A stretch of DNA of 64,000 nucleotides, taken from assembly GCA_964187785.1 (NCBI GenBank), contig OZ076409.1:68326001-68390000 (forward strand), in the 5' to 3' direction. Position 1 is the first letter of the stretch; each line of letters starts with the position of its first letter. The notes beneath the pieces were generated by a model. It made no database searches. It saw only the letters and a list, made by a program, of their open reading frames with translations, and was not told the DNA's origin. This document shows positions 47,514-62,600 of the stretch, piece after piece. The translations under genes were made by a program, and so were the position numbers. This DNA comes from Amphiscolops sp. MND2022 (taxonomy: Eukaryota).

Positions 47514-50500
47514 GCTGCAAGTTTGTGCATGTTTACAGCTCTTTAACTGAAATTATTCTCAGATTCTCATTGCACTTTTTCGGCTCCCGAGTCGAGATTA
47601 TTCTAAGTCAGAAAAGTCAATTTTGACGTATAGTAAATGAAATTTGACAGCCGAGTGATAAAATATACAGAATTTGACAGTTCAAACAAAATGATCTTTG
47701 ACCTTTCTCACTCTCAGCTGATAATTCTAGCTACCGAAGTTTCATGTTAGCAAAAGTTGCAAAGGATTCAAAATCTACCTAAACCCCCCCCTTTACTCAC
47801 TACTTACACATCGTGTGATTTTTCAATTGATTTCTTGAAGGAAACAAGGTAACTTAGCTGATGAAAACCTCGAAACGTTTACAGTCATAAATCTTCTTTT
47901 GACTAGGAAGGTTTTAAGAGAAAGTATGAGGGATGGAATTCTCGAGGAATGTGGGGGATTGGGTTGGTTTGACCTGGAAGAAGGATGCCGTCTACGATGA
48001 GCAGCAAAGAAGCATGTAGAACAATGAAATTGAGATATTTTCCATTAATCCACCGCACCCCGCCCACACAGTAGGTGCTCAGAAGTTAATTCCTCCCATT
48101 CCGCACAAGAGCGTATTCAAGTATCAGTGAGAATTATAAAGTGCTGAAGTTTGAATGTCTGAAATTCTGATCAGTTGACTGCTTAACTGAGATCATTCAT
48201 TCCACCAACCAATCCAATTTCACCTTGAGCAAGCAATCCAGCTGACTGAGTAAATACGTGGGATTCGGGTGTATTAATGGAAAATATCACCATTCCATTG
48301 CTGACAATTTAGAATAGGTTGAGAGAATTCTCATTAGCCCACTGCCAGAGCACGATGCTTGTTTTGCAGCTCTATGGGCCACAGTCTTCACGCCAGTGAC
48401 GTCAACGAGCATTTCAATAAGTTCGGATCAGTTGTGCAAGTCGAAGATTACGGATTACCCACCGGTCAACATGATCGCATCATGTGAGTTGAGTTGTACA
48501 TATATCCACAAAGTAAGGCCATCATAAATCGCGGAGTTCACTCTCATATTGATTGAATAATGTCGCTAAATTTGCCTTGAAAATTGAAATAATTCAGTCA
48601 TTTTGTCATGCGATTTTTTAGTTTTTCTAAAAGGAAGGTTTCTACCGGGACAGTTAGCTTCCGATCAATTCAAAAAGGAGCTGTCTTCAATGGAAATTTC
48701 ACCGGTGATCAAATGAGAACAAAAATGCGATCTTTCTAAATTTGATAAAATAGTTGATTGACTGCTCTCTAAATGTGAAAGACGTGTCCTTTTTCATATT
48801 CTGATCACTCATTTTTGACGAGTAAAACCACGCTCAGTATCATGACCTTTTGACTACAAAATCTCCTGTGAGTTTATACTGGCCTAACTTTCAAACGCAT
48901 GGATCTGCGCTTTAATTCAATCGCCCCGGCTCTGATTGATGGTTTTGTTGCAGAATCTTACCTGGACATTACCTAGTGGAGTTTGCATACGCCTTGGGTC
49001 TAGAATCCGCTCTCTGTGGTGGCAAGATCCAAAAGATCAATAGCGTGTTGGGGCACTCGGTGAATGTGAAACTGTTCAAAATGACCAGTCATCTAGAATC
49101 CATCATCGCTTCAAAGACCCTCAACTTCAGAATGAAAAAACTCACTAACGGCAAAAAGAACCATGCACCGCATTCTATTTCTAGAGATTCCATTGACTCC
49201 AACAACAATCTTTCTTCTGCTTAGAATGAAACTACAACCACTTGCTGCTGTTTTATATGATTGCTTTTTTCTGCATTGTCTAGGGACTTCGCTTTTTTGA
49301 AGCGTTGAAATTCGTTGTCTAAAATACCTAATTTGTTTTGGGATTCGATTTTCATAGCGTTTTTAGTCAGCGTCTAATGAAAAATTATAGTGACCTTTCG
49401 TCGCGTTTTTTCAATCCTGTCAAAGTGACCATAAAATTTCTACAAAGTTTAAAATTGATTGAAAGGGTCTGCCCCTTCCATTCCAACATATTTTGAAATA
49501 CGTATTCGGATTGAACAGTGTTATTTTCTGCACTGTGCGACTTTTTTCAAAAAATGAATTTTCCAGTATGATCCGTCTTGGTTTTTCAAAACTTTTGAAT
49601 CGGAAAAATAGTTTTTAAGCCCAAAAGGGGTCCTTCAGTTATCTCGCGTGTCTTTTTAGGAAAATTTTCATTTCAGAAAAGGTTCTCGGTTTGGCTCTTT
49701 GATGTTTCTGGTCATAATACATGAAAGTAGCTGTAGTTTTTTGTGTTTCTAAACGCTTTGGTAAAGTCATTCACCAATTTTTTCTTCGAATTTTCGAAGT
49801 CTCTCTTGGTGATTTGATTTTCTGCCTGTAATACTGAGTTGGTGATATTTGAGTTCATATTTTTGTGTATTTGTTACTTGAAAGAGCTTTGACATGTTAA
49901 TGCTTTTTGTTGATCTTGAATTCTGCAAACCTTGGCAAACGTCAGGGTTTTGACATCGCTAATTTTTTTCGCTAATCGCTAAACCGCTAATTTTAAATTC
50001 TCTTTCGCTGAAAATTTTTCAAACTATCGGATGTTCGACTTCAAGTATATATTAAAATTGAATGATAAATTGAATTAGTTTTTGCGAGAAAAAAGACTAG
50101 AATTTTTCATACTGTGTGGGTTTTAAAGGGCATGAGTTAAAGGGCCGCTAATTTGAATTGCTAATGAAATCGCTGAAAAATTCGTATACCTGTAATTTGC
50201 TAATTAGCGGTGTCAAAACTGGCAAACGTTTTCATTTGGACGTGGCGGTTGTTTCGACTTAAAAGTTTTGTAGATCAATCAACTTCGCAAGCTGTATTTT
50301 GAGCCGAATTCAAAATGCGTTTTGCGGAAAACGAGCCATTTTGAAATGCTTTTTTAAAAGTTAGAATTTTCTCAGTTGCCACTAATCGCCATGAAAACTA
50401 AATTATTGAAAACTGACTTTGATTTTACTTTATGGAATGCGAAACTGTTGAAATTATGATGATGGGGAATTGATTGTTCAACCAGTTAAACGTTTTTTTT

Positions 50501-50629
50501 TCTAACCAACTGAGAAGTTGAAACGGAGCTATCGACTGTTTGCCTGCTCTTTTAAGTAAACACGTTAATTTGGAGTGTACTGAGTGATTATTACGTTGTT
50601 TGGAACTGCATTCACTGTTTGTTTTTTAG

Positions 50630-53600
50630 GAAAAAAGAAAGAAAAAGGGAAGACTTTGTCATTAGATGAGTTCAATAGTCAACACGATCCAAAGAACAAC
50701 ACATCTGCTCCTAATAATGAAGGTTCTTGGGCTGATATGGCTCCTTTCGACCCCAAAGCAATGTCTGACAGTAAGTGTTGAATTGACTTCGAATCCTTTT
50801 TTAAAGATAACTTTCTGGTTTCCGTTCTGGTTTTCGAAAGTGTTCAGATTGGCGATTTACTGTGGTTCTGCCAGAATTTTATCTGTTGAAAGTTTTTTCG
50901 TGCGTTTTTAAAAGCGTCTCAAAGGATCGGCTGTGAGGAATTAATTATTAATCTCGATGGTGATGTTCTAGAAAAGTTCTGGGAAAAAGATGATAGATCG
51001 TCTGGATATGGACGAAGCGCCCCCGCAGAAGTAGACTTCTCCAAAGTCCCCGATGAGCCCCCTTTCAAAGCCTTTATCTCCAATGTGTCCTACTCTGCCA
51101 CCCGCGAAGACCTCAGAAGTTACTTCGGAGGCAAAGACGAGGTTGGTCAACTTTTTCGCTCGAATGGCTTTATTTTTAGGCCACCTAATTTAATTCACTT
51201 TTGTTGATGTACGATCATTTTTGGTGGGATCTTTAATTAGCTAAATCGATGATCATCGGTACGTCATGTCCACTGAAATTTTCTATCTAATTTTTCAAGT
51301 GGGCCTCGTTTAAACATTAACTGCTCCAGCAATGAGTCATCAATTAGTTTTTGTTGTTTTAGATCCGAAGCCTGTACATGAGTCAGAACGATGAAGGAAA
51401 CTTCCGGGGCTCAGCTAATATTGAGTTTTTCACTCGCGACAGTTTATTACGGGCTCTGCAAATGCACGGAGATGTAAGATATACTTACTCCATTTTGTTA
51501 CCGTAGCAAGGAAGCTCTCGGGCTACTTTGTTTCCTGCAAATTAGACCTTGGTGAAGAGGTTCTACATGAAACACTGAAAACTGAGTAATATCAAGTTCC
51601 CACAAGCTAGTCCTTGGTGATATCAGAATTGATGATTTTCAAAAACTAATTTGCGCTTGTCAAGTGGATTGTTCAGTTCCCTGTGGTCGAAAGAGATCGT
51701 ATACTTTCATTGTCTGATAGTTTCTTGTCTGAACATAACTAACCGCAATAACCTGGTTTCCAGTAGAAAAGTTATCGACGACTTCAATTTCCCCAGTTTT
51801 TTGTGAGATTTTTTTCGATGGCATCCAGGTAATCGCGAAAAAGCTCATGCAGCCGTCTTAGTAATCAAATTGATATCGTGTGAAACGTGACAAAATTTGT
51901 GCGAAGTTTAAATTTAAAAGCTGGAAGCTCGACGAATTGAGGCTTGAAACTGAATGTTGAACTTTCTAGACTATGCTGGGCCGCCAAATCCGTGTGGAAG
52001 TATCCACAAGCCTGGGCGGTAGGAGCGGAGGACGGGACAATGCGGGTGGTGGCCGCGACGGCCGGGATGGCAATTCATATCGACAACGAACAGACTACAA
52101 CCCCGTGGGAGAGGTCTCGGACGACTCATGGTCCAGAGGCGAAGACTTCCGAAGACCGACATCCAGAGGTGAGAAGACAAGCGAAGCACAGGGAACGAAA
52201 TTTTGAAGCTTCATTCTTGTTACTTTTTTCCACTTATGAGAAACTTGAAGTTTTGACATTTATACGAGACAAAGTGCAGAAAGTTATTTCAAGTTGTTTT
52301 TGTTTTGAGCGCTAGTTGCGTATAGATATGCGTAATCTTTTCCCCCTCAACAATCGGGAGTTTATTTATGCTGTTTCTGCTACCAAGAATCCTTAGGTCC
52401 CATCGCACTGCTTCCATTATTGAAACTTTTTTGAGTGATTGTATTTACACATGTACGTATAAAAGTTCTTTTTTTAGATGACCGAAGCGATGTTTTGGGT
52501 TCATCTTCTGGTGGTGGCGGCGGCAGATATGTTCCTCCAAATAGACGCAGCAATTTCTCGCCCACTTCAAACGACTTTTCCAGGCAGCAGCCGTCGTCAC
52601 AACACTCCTACTCCTCTGACCGTCAGAATGATGACAACCGAGATGACGGCCCTTATAGATCTCGCGGTGCTCAAGACTACGATAACTCCAGTAACTATAT
52701 CAACAAGTGAGCTCTACGATGTCCTTTTGATAAGCTTTCATAGAAATCTACCGGAGCCAGGCTAAATTTGGAATTAAGGAGGCGGTTGAAAAAGTCCTTT
52801 TTTGATGTAGAAGTAAGTTGTAAGGTTTTAACTGACAAGCTTTGAATTTCGGAACGAACATCTAAAGCTAATGACGTCATAATTAATTGAAGACCGGAGT
52901 CTTTGCTTTCAGATAACTAATGTGGTTACATTCAGATTCCATTTGAACGTGCTAATAGTGAACATACGGGGTTTTTGTGAATCTAATGAGAAAAGTAAAT
53001 TGCAGTAACTTCAAACGGAAAATGATTTGGGTTTTGGAAATTGAATTATTATTTGAATGAAGTATGGATTTTTAGCAGTGTATGTAAAATTTTTGTCAAT
53101 ATCAGGAAAATCGTTATTTCCTCCAGAAATTCATTTCGAATAAAGGCTCCATTGAATAGGATGTTTTCAAATTTGGAAGATCCAAATTATTAAACTCTAC
53201 GGAGAGCTCAAATCGATTTCAGAGGTTCGTGAAAAATTTGAATGGAATATCGGAACGTATTCGAAATGACTTCAAAGGCCACATGTTCGTTTGGGTTATT
53301 TCAAAATTTGAGAAAAACGGAATTTGGAGCATAAAAACGACGACCACAGATTTCTCAACTCCAAATCGAAATGTTCAGATTTTTTGCAGAGCACTTGATG
53401 CTCGCTGAGAGGCTTCTTGTATTCTCAACATTTTCAGATGTTGAAGTTTCGACGCAGCTAAAGCGCAAAGATAAAACCATTTGAACCCAAAATCACGTAT
53501 AAAATAGATTATTCTAAATTCTCTGAAAAGAGCAGGTTTTTGCAGATGAATCCAAAGTATGGTGCAGATTTCGTTCGTTGACAGTGTTTTGACTGACAAA

Positions 53601-56600
53601 AAAAATGTGGGTATTGGACAAAAATCCCAGTCATCAAAATGACAAGTACTTGTTCAGAACAAGTTCAGAATGACTCTCCGAAACAAAATATCAATGTAAA
53701 AAGATCGTTTTGGTCTGGAATCTTACAAAGTGCTGTCATTGGTCCATTCTGGTTTTGTGATGATATGATAGCGCTCATCCACAGTCGGTTAATACAGAAT
53801 GGTACCTTCAGACGCTTAGTGAAAAACAGTTTTCGATTGTTCGTGCAAGAAGAGATGCACGACGAATGTGATTCCTACAAGTCGGGGCAACAGCCCATTG
53901 CACCAACGAAGTTCTCAATGAATGAAGAAGAATTTGGTGAGAGGATCATCGTTTGTCGGATATATGGCCTGCTGTCACAAAATTTGAACCCGTTAGACTT
54001 CCGGTTCTGAGGATATGCAACACAAAATGTATATCTACGGAACCATATTGACCTTCCTATACTACGGGAATGCGTTCTCTCAAACAGTCACGCCATTGGA
54101 GGCAAAGAAATCCGTGAAAAATTTAGTAAAACGACTGCATAAATACATTGATGGTCATGGACTTGTTTTTGTCTGATTTGTATTATTTTATACTATGATG
54201 AAAGTCCATATTTCAGATATATTCATGCCAAGTTTCATATTGTTGCGTTTGTTAGATCACAATTTATGGCAATTCTCGTTTCTGATTGGTTTCACAAATA
54301 CCCTTACTGTATGATAGCTTAGTTAGATTTATTGCTTGATTTTCACTACTAGCAACAGCAGTCGGTCCTCAAATGGTGGCCCTCCTCGGGACGACAACTA
54401 TAGAAGCTACGACAGCAGAGAACGAGATCGATACCCTGACGATAGACAGCAACAGCATAGCAACTCTTCCAGGGACTACTACTCTAGCGATAGACGTTAC
54501 GACAACAGCGACCGAGACGCTAGAGGGGGAGCACCTAGAAGGTGCAAGCATGTACCTTTATCATTTAACCTTCGTTACTTAAACTGTTACAAAAATACTT
54601 TTTAAAATGAACAAAATAGAAGTCTCATTGAAAATATCCACAAAAATATATACTGCTTCGAGAAATGAGCACCAAATCCGAATGAGTCAATTCTCTTCTG
54701 TGAATGCGCAATGAATAAGTCTATTTTTGCTAAAAAGTGTAGTGCCAAAAAGATTTTCATTAGGCTCGAATCTTTTCCGCGCTTCAAGGTTTTCCCCGTT
54801 GCTCCATGGTGAAAAATGAAATATTCCGTGACCACTTCTTTGAATTGTTTGACAATTTTCTTGGTTCATAAAATTACGAACTAAACATCTTGGCTGGTGA
54901 TTTTTGTGTTACCATCTGGTGGTATTTTGCTGCAGGTACGATGACGATCGATCTAGATACAACGATAACCGCAGTGATAGGTACTACAATGACGACAGAG
55001 ACCGTGATAGTTACGGTGACCAGAGGCAGCAACGAGAGGGCGGCGACCGGTACAGAGATTACCCGTCCAACCAACGCAGAGACGATTACATGGATGATCG
55101 CCAAGACTCAAGCGACTACGGTGGCTACCGGGGCAAGCCCACCAATTACGACGGATACGATGATGCCTACAATAATACAAGTAATCACAACAATTCAAGG
55201 TCTCGGCGCAGCACTGAGTCGGATTACAGTTTGAAACAGCAAAACAACAACCGAGACATGCAGTCGTCTACTGGAGCACGGAGTGATGTCAACGGACGAT
55301 CAGCTGAGACTAACAGTGACGGGTACGGAAAGTACCGGATGAATTCCGGGGGTGGCGGTGTTGACGACAGTTTGTCTAATGATGGTCATCGAAGTAGAAC
55401 ATATTCCCAGAGGAGCGACCATTTCGAAAACAGCCCGAGGTTAATTTTCATGTGATAGAGTTCTTATATCTTTTGTTATTTCGCTCATTTGCAAAATGAA
55501 ATCAAATTGTATTGAAATTAGATTGCCAATCTAATTTCAATACAATTTGATTTTATTTTGCAAATGGCTGAAGTAATGAGATCTGTTGACCTATTTACTT
55601 ACCATCATTCAAACAAGTCACTTGTAACTTATGAATCTTTTCTACTAACTACAAAAGTCTTGAACTGATGAATCTTTTCTACTAACTACATAATTATGCG
55701 ACTAAACTGAATTAGTCTGGAATGAAAAGAAAAGAATCGCGGGATTGTTAGTCGTCGCTTCATTAAATATAACGAAGTGACCATAATTGTAAAACTTCTA
55801 CAAAATGCCGAAGTCATTCAAAGGTTCCTCTTTTCCAATTTAAACATATATATTTTTTCGGATTTCAACCGATATGTGGGTTCACTTTCGACACCTGACG
55901 ACTGTTTTTGGAAAATATTTTTCCACCAAAGTTTTTGACATTTTCATTGACATTTTGCAAAGGCTATTTTCAGCACTGAGAAACCATTTAGCATTTTGAA
56001 AGATTTTTTTCAAGCCCTAAGAGACTTCAAGCCCTTCTAGTTTTTTCACTGCATTCAGCGATTCCGAAAATTTAATTGGTTAAAAAATAAATTGCAGTTG
56101 AATTCACAGATAATTGATGTTCTGAATTTTGCTCAAGACCAATAAAATAAAGTAAGCGCGTGAGAATGGGTTTTTCGTGAGTTTGATGCTCTTTTCGTGA
56201 GTGATACTTTCACTTTTTGACATTTTCGTGTCCTTTTGCTATTTTTGAGCCTTAGATATGGCGCCGATTTATGCCGTTCCCGGCTTGTTTAGCTCTTGGT
56301 TGATTTTTCCACAGAGAAATATGAGAAATATGAAAAGTTTTTGGAGAATTGGATTGATTCATTTTGCAACATACTTCTCTGAGACTGCTGATTTTCTCAA
56401 CTCTAGAAGGAAACTGAACCGTATCGAATGTTTTATCCCCAATGAGGTTAATTCGTCATTCTGTCGTTCAAACTCTTGCAAATATTCCACCATGCTTTTA
56501 GTGCCTCTGTTGATCGATTCAAATTTCGAGTACGCCTCAAAAATTCTATCAGTTTCGTCTTGTCCAAATGACAATTTCAGTTTGTCTAGTAATGTTTTGA

Positions 56601-59600
56601 GGCCCTCATCTTTATTAAGATCTTCGGCTTTGATTTCAAGTGCAATCTCGCGTTTTCTTCCAGTCAGAGTAAGTGCGACTACTGGTTCCGCGTTTCTTTT
56701 TATCCAGTTCTGTTATTAACGCACATAATTCCATTTCGGACTTCCATTTTTCGAATGACTCCCCATCTTCCCATAGTGGTGGGGTTTTCAAACTGCAGCT
56801 TGACGCCATGTACCTCCTGCTACCATGAAAACAATATATATTAAAACCCCACCACAGACATCTACAAAACTGAAATGAAACACAATGAAATGTCACAATT
56901 ACTGGATGATGAACAACCTGTCAGTACAATAATAGCTATTATTGCGTTGAATCTGTTGTTCTCAAATCAAAGTAGGGTAATCTACGTAAACTCAATAGAA
57001 ACTCTTGAATATTTCTCAAACACCACGGTGTCTTGGTTTTGCTATAAAAGTAAATCATCAATATTGTTTTTGCTAGGTATACTTTGGAGGCGGACGAAAA
57101 ACGCTATCATGAAGAAGGAGGAGTTAAAACAGAATACGAGGATGAGAGATACACGGGACAGAGGGAGCCGAGAGAGCGACAGATGTCTGAGAAGGAACGA
57201 GAGTACGAAGAGCGATACGAGAGATACCAAAACGACATCAGAGAAGACAACAATCGACAGTATGATAACAGGTTACTATATTGAATTAATCAAAGAAAAG
57301 CTCTGTTGAACTTTTTTCCGTTTCTGGAGAGATTTGCCAGTATTTTATCCCAAATTTTCCGATGTGATTTTCAGAAAAATAAGTCTGGAATTCAATAGGG
57401 TTACCATTAATAGGTTTTACCTTTTTGATATTTCTACGTAAGCTGGAATATTGTTGTAACGCGGTCAGTTGAGTGTCTTGTCCGTCTTCATTCAAAAGTC
57501 TAGTCTAACTCTCTTAGCAGCAAGTGGGAGACTCTCATTGACATGAAGCGAACTAGTCTAGTCGTTCGCTGCGAGCTTCGCCTGAGTTCAGATAAGAATG
57601 GAGAGGATTGTTACTGGTAAACTCCGGCAACCTCGTATGTGAAAAACAGGTTTTTCGTAAATATCTGTAATTATCCAATATGGAACAAAACTCAGAGAAA
57701 CGAAAACAAAACAGATCATCAACTCCGGCTCACATTATACATCTCGACAGACTGTATTAACCTTAACTTGGCCACTGTGCCAATTTTGGCACGTTTAGTT
57801 TCTGCAAATTCTAAACGCACCAGCTGATTGTATGGTAAAGAAAACTCTTGAATAGGATTTTCAGACGATATTGCATAGCATTCGGCGCTTTTTCTAGGAA
57901 TATTGACATGATGACTCCGAAATCCAGAAAATGACCAAAAAATCAAAAAAATGAGTGCAGATTTTCCGTTTTCCCAGTTTTCGTTTGTGACCCTTTATCC
58001 CACTGGTATCAACATTGGGTCAAAGCGGCCCCAGCTTCTTTTGAAACATGCTGAAAAACAATCAGAGACACACTGCGTGCAAAGTTTTGGCGCAAAGTCG
58101 GGAGCCAGTGCGCCGACGCCGCACGCCAGCGGAGGACTTCGTATAAAAAAATTTGCGCGCATGGGGTCCAGCCCAGCAGTTTAAAATTTGATTTGAAAGC
58201 CCTGATGCTCCTCTTTCGAAAGCTCTGTGAATCGTTTGTCGGACTTGAATAGTTTAGGAGATATTGCGGTTTGAAGTTTAAGCACCCGATTTTTGGATGG
58301 ATCCAAAATTTTCCTGGTCAACTTAAGGTTAAACTTCTGGAAAAAACATTGGCAATCTCGTATGTGAATTTTTTCCAGACTAGTTTGTTCACACCTTTGT
58401 TGGTGACGGAGCAAAAAATGGATATTTTTTAACCCCAATCGACCTGGGCGTTTTTGAAAATTTTCGAAAAATTTGCTAAAAAAAATTTCAATCATCAATA
58501 TCTCCACAACTACGCGTACCAGAGGAACGAAATATAGCGTGTTTGAAAGGTCTGATATTGGGCGTTCGTTTTGGTCAGGTGAGCCCCTGTCGCTGTGCGC
58601 CCCTTCCTTCAGAATTTTAGTCTCTCTTTCCGGTACCGCGGCTTCGCGGCAGTTCCGCACTTCGTGCGGCCCGCTGCGCGGGGGCTTGTAGTAACAACAG
58701 AATATTATAGGGGTTTGTTGCACCAGGACTTGTTGTGGAAAGGTATGTGGTTGGTTTTTTCTATTGATCAAAGACTTGAGAAAACAGGATTTCGTCAAAA
58801 TCTGTATTTTGAGAAAATATAACTTTTGTGCAAAAAACCAATTTTCCCAGCTTTGGGGATATATTTCTTTTTTCTAATGCTTGTGCCATTCAAATCAATC
58901 TAGGTACCAATTACTTGTTGAAAGGAAACTGCTAGAGAAAATGGGCTACTGGCAAAAGGAATCAGAATTTGGAAAAAAAGGTAGGCTGCTTTAAAGTATA
59001 ACTAGGTTCATTGGGGTTAAATTACAACCTGATAGGATGTCAAGGTTGCTCCACTGGAAGCGATAACTTGAACAAGTCGCTTTGGGAGAGACATGACAAG
59101 TTTTTCACCTCTTCAATTTCTAGACTGTCCCAAACTGCGATTACTGCTTCTTTGAGCTTTTCAATAGTGTCGTAGCATTTGCCACCGGCATTAACTCATG
59201 AAGTAAAATGCCCCATAAATTTTTATTCGGGCTGCAGTCCGGTGACCATGTAGGCCACTCTTGAATACTGACGTCATGTCGTTTTCAGAACCTTTGCGTC
59301 AAAGCAGACATGGAGTATTTTATCTTGCATGAGTATATAGTCGGACCGGTTGAAAGGGAACTAGCATTCAGTTAGAATAATAATCAAAGTCCATTGACTG
59401 CTCGTAAATGTAATAATGTGGTATTCAGAGATTTTTCTTTCTAATTTTGGTTCATTAATACCTAGTGCAACCAGGTCCATTCAACCAAATGCGTTTTTCA
59501 TCTGTGAAAGTTATCTTCTTGATATCCAACTCGTCGCCTGTTATTTTGTTAATGGTAGTTTTGACCCACTCAAGGTGTCTGCTTTTATGACTCACAGTTG

Positions 59601-62600
59601 GGGCTGGAGTTTTGACACAATTCACGTGTTTGTAGCCGTTTGTTTCTCGTTTAAGATTGTTCCAAATATAGTTATAGCTCCGACCCAGCGCTTCAGCTAT
59701 CTCTGGTAATGCTTTTGCCACCCTATGTGAGCCGGTAAATTTTCGCAGTTCCAAATTTGGTAAAAGCGTTCTTCTTTTTGACATCTTGAAATGTTTACGA
59801 GGTAATAATTTTCTCGCCAGTATATTTCAATTCTAAAAAATGCAGAAGTAAAATTGAAAGTATGTGAACAATTGAACTTCGAAATTTTGTTTTTCGCAGA
59901 CAGATCGCCGATGTTTTTTAGACCGGAAGTGTGTAACTGAACCAAACCGGATATGTGATCTTCTCTGAGGTTGAAGCTCATGAATTTTTCTTCAATTGTA
60001 TTTTCTGAGGTTTTCGTAAAATGGAAACTTTCACACTGATTACCTAAAATCTGTTTTTGACGTACATTGCCGAAGTTTAATTCTTTCCTTCAAGTTACAA
60101 AAAGCTGAAAACCAAAATTTGGTTGCTTTTGATCAAAATGGGTAAGTTTGCTCTTTTGCAAAATATAAAGTTTTTCACTCGATTGAGTTTTTGGCTGCCG
60201 TAGTTTTTTAAAAAAATGAAACAATTTTGGTGTATAAAAGTTTTTCTTGAGCTTGTTTCATACAATACTTTCGTATATATGTCCCCGATTTGAAATCAGT
60301 CATATTGCAGCTTCCAGTTCTAGCTCTGAGGATCATTTTTGTTCGGAACGAAGTTTTAGTAGGCCTTTCTGAAGAAAAGTGCCCGACTCCTACAATGGGT
60401 AGTTGTTTTTCAGCTACGTATTGTCCACTTTTTTGTTCGTTTGTTCAACTTGAAATACGAATGTCCAAAATATACTCGAAACATCAGAACCTCGTCCCAA
60501 ACCATACCGACGTCCAGAACGTCGAAAACATACTAAGGATCCTCCTTTAGCTATTTTGGTGTTTTCAACTTTTTTGGCAAAAAATTTTCTAAAACTTTTT
60601 GACTGCACCAAAGTGTCCCTTTCAATTTTTTCCTGGCTTGTTTCTCATTTCAAACGAAATTTGTAACCTGAAAGATCGCGATTTATCGCGCCATTTGTAA
60701 AAAAAAACAAGCCAGGAACAACTTCAGCCTGTGGGAACTTTTTTCCCCACACTTTTTGGATAGTTCAAAAAAGTGAACTTTGAAAACCATTTATTAACGT
60801 ACGTCTGGTTGCAAAAAGGGAAGAATTTAATTCAAATAAAAAAATCAATTCAAAGAGAATTCACAGGGGCTTCTACGTTCAACTGCTTCCGCCACTTGCC
60901 GGGTTCAGCTCTGACGCTCTGGAACATGGCGATCTTCAGTATCGTGTAGAGTTTACTGACCAGCACCGGGAAACCAACCACAAACGGAATTTTTCTTTAA
61001 AAATGTCAAAACACCAAATTAAGCCAGTCAAAGGTAAATGGGATACCATTCAAATCACTAAGTCCGTTCGGAGGTTATTGTAAACGAAACTGTGTATGAG
61101 GGCTTTTTCTGATTTGCTCGTTTTCTTCCGAAATAAAATAGCCGCTGAGTGCAATTTAGATAGGAAAATTGCTTGCGCTCTGCTTTCATGCTGCTCTACG
61201 AAAATGATTAAGTGATAAGTAATTTGCGTTAGTTCTAAGATGCTTAGTTGCTTTGAAGTCGTTAAGGCGACGAAATTTGATGGTAATTTCAAGGGCGCAA
61301 AAAATTTTCATGCTGAAACAATGTATGTGAAGTTCATCAACGAAGTGGAACACATTGATTGATGTTACTTAGTTTCATTGTAAGCCAGGGCTTGCAGTAA
61401 CGACACCAAATATCTCACTGGAACGCTGATTTAAATCCGATAGCGGCGTAGTTCCGAGCAGCTCGTGAGTGCATATTTGGGGATGCAAATCCTTCGAGAC
61501 TGAGGTTCACACTGTGCCTCTGCTTTGAACCCCAAAGTAACCACATATTTACGATGACTAACACGCGGCAATGGGTCAGCTACTTGTACTTGCCACGTAA
61601 AGCCAACAACGGCTACCGTTTCGAAAAGATTTTTTGAATTACAAGTGAACGTATTATTACTGGAATTGGAGGTAGAGATTTTTAACCGTGCGATGAAAAA
61701 ACATTGTTGTGGTTTCAGGTCTCGTACTAACAGCGGTAGTGGGTCTAACTATGACAGAAGATACAACAACGACAACAGAAATAGCAACTATAGAGATGGA
61801 AACCGGGGCGGAGACCGCGGCAGTGGAAGGCCAGGAGGTAACTACGGTGGATATGGCAGGAACGAAGGTGGGTACAATAGGAATACGGACAGACGAGACG
61901 ACAGGGACCGAGGGGGTTACGATGGGCACAGGGGCGGGGGAGGATTCAACAGGAACAACCCCAGAGACGATCCCTATCAGGATAGATATGATAGCAGATC
62001 TGGTTATGATGGATACGATAAACAATCCGAAGGTAATGTCATGCATACATTCTTTTCATTGCTTACAAGTTCTCAAGTGTCTCTGCTTCGGTGCTTTGTA
62101 CAGGAATTTTTCAGGAAGCTCGCAATGTTGGATCTTGGTTTATAAGTTACAGGAAGTGGAAATTGTATTGATTATTTTCGTGTTTTTTCGATTTTCCTAT
62201 ACCTTCGCGATTGTTGAAGGTGATAGCGAAAGTCTTTCTTCAGGAGCTTTACCTCCACGGAAGCGTCTGGAGCTGAAGCCTAGGACGGTTGCCGATCCTC
62301 CAGCCTCCATGCCAAAGGCAGCTGAGAACAGACCCTCGTCCATATTCGGCAACGCCAAGCCAGTGGACACGGCCCAGAGGGAACAGGAACTAGCTGCCAA
62401 AAGGGCCGAGAAAAGTGAGTATCGAAGAAATCAATGTCACCGTTTTTAAAACGAGTTTAGTTAGTTTTTGAATGGTTTAGCTTGTTTCCTACACTCCCAT
62501 GATACTGAGAACTTCCCGAAGAGACTCTCTTAAAACTGGATCAGACGTTGCGCCTTAAAAATTTATGATGTTCGAAAAATGTGATAATTCAGAACCCCAA

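Noticed and set aside
57870..58830. 205-aa minus ORF and overlapping ORFs in the eIF4B intron
   Set aside because: No recognisable motifs; looks like a non-autonomous interspersed repeat whose ends I could not define.
61709..62449. 246-aa T/E-rich ORF
   Set aside because: Alternate frame of an eIF4B exon running through an intron into the next exon.
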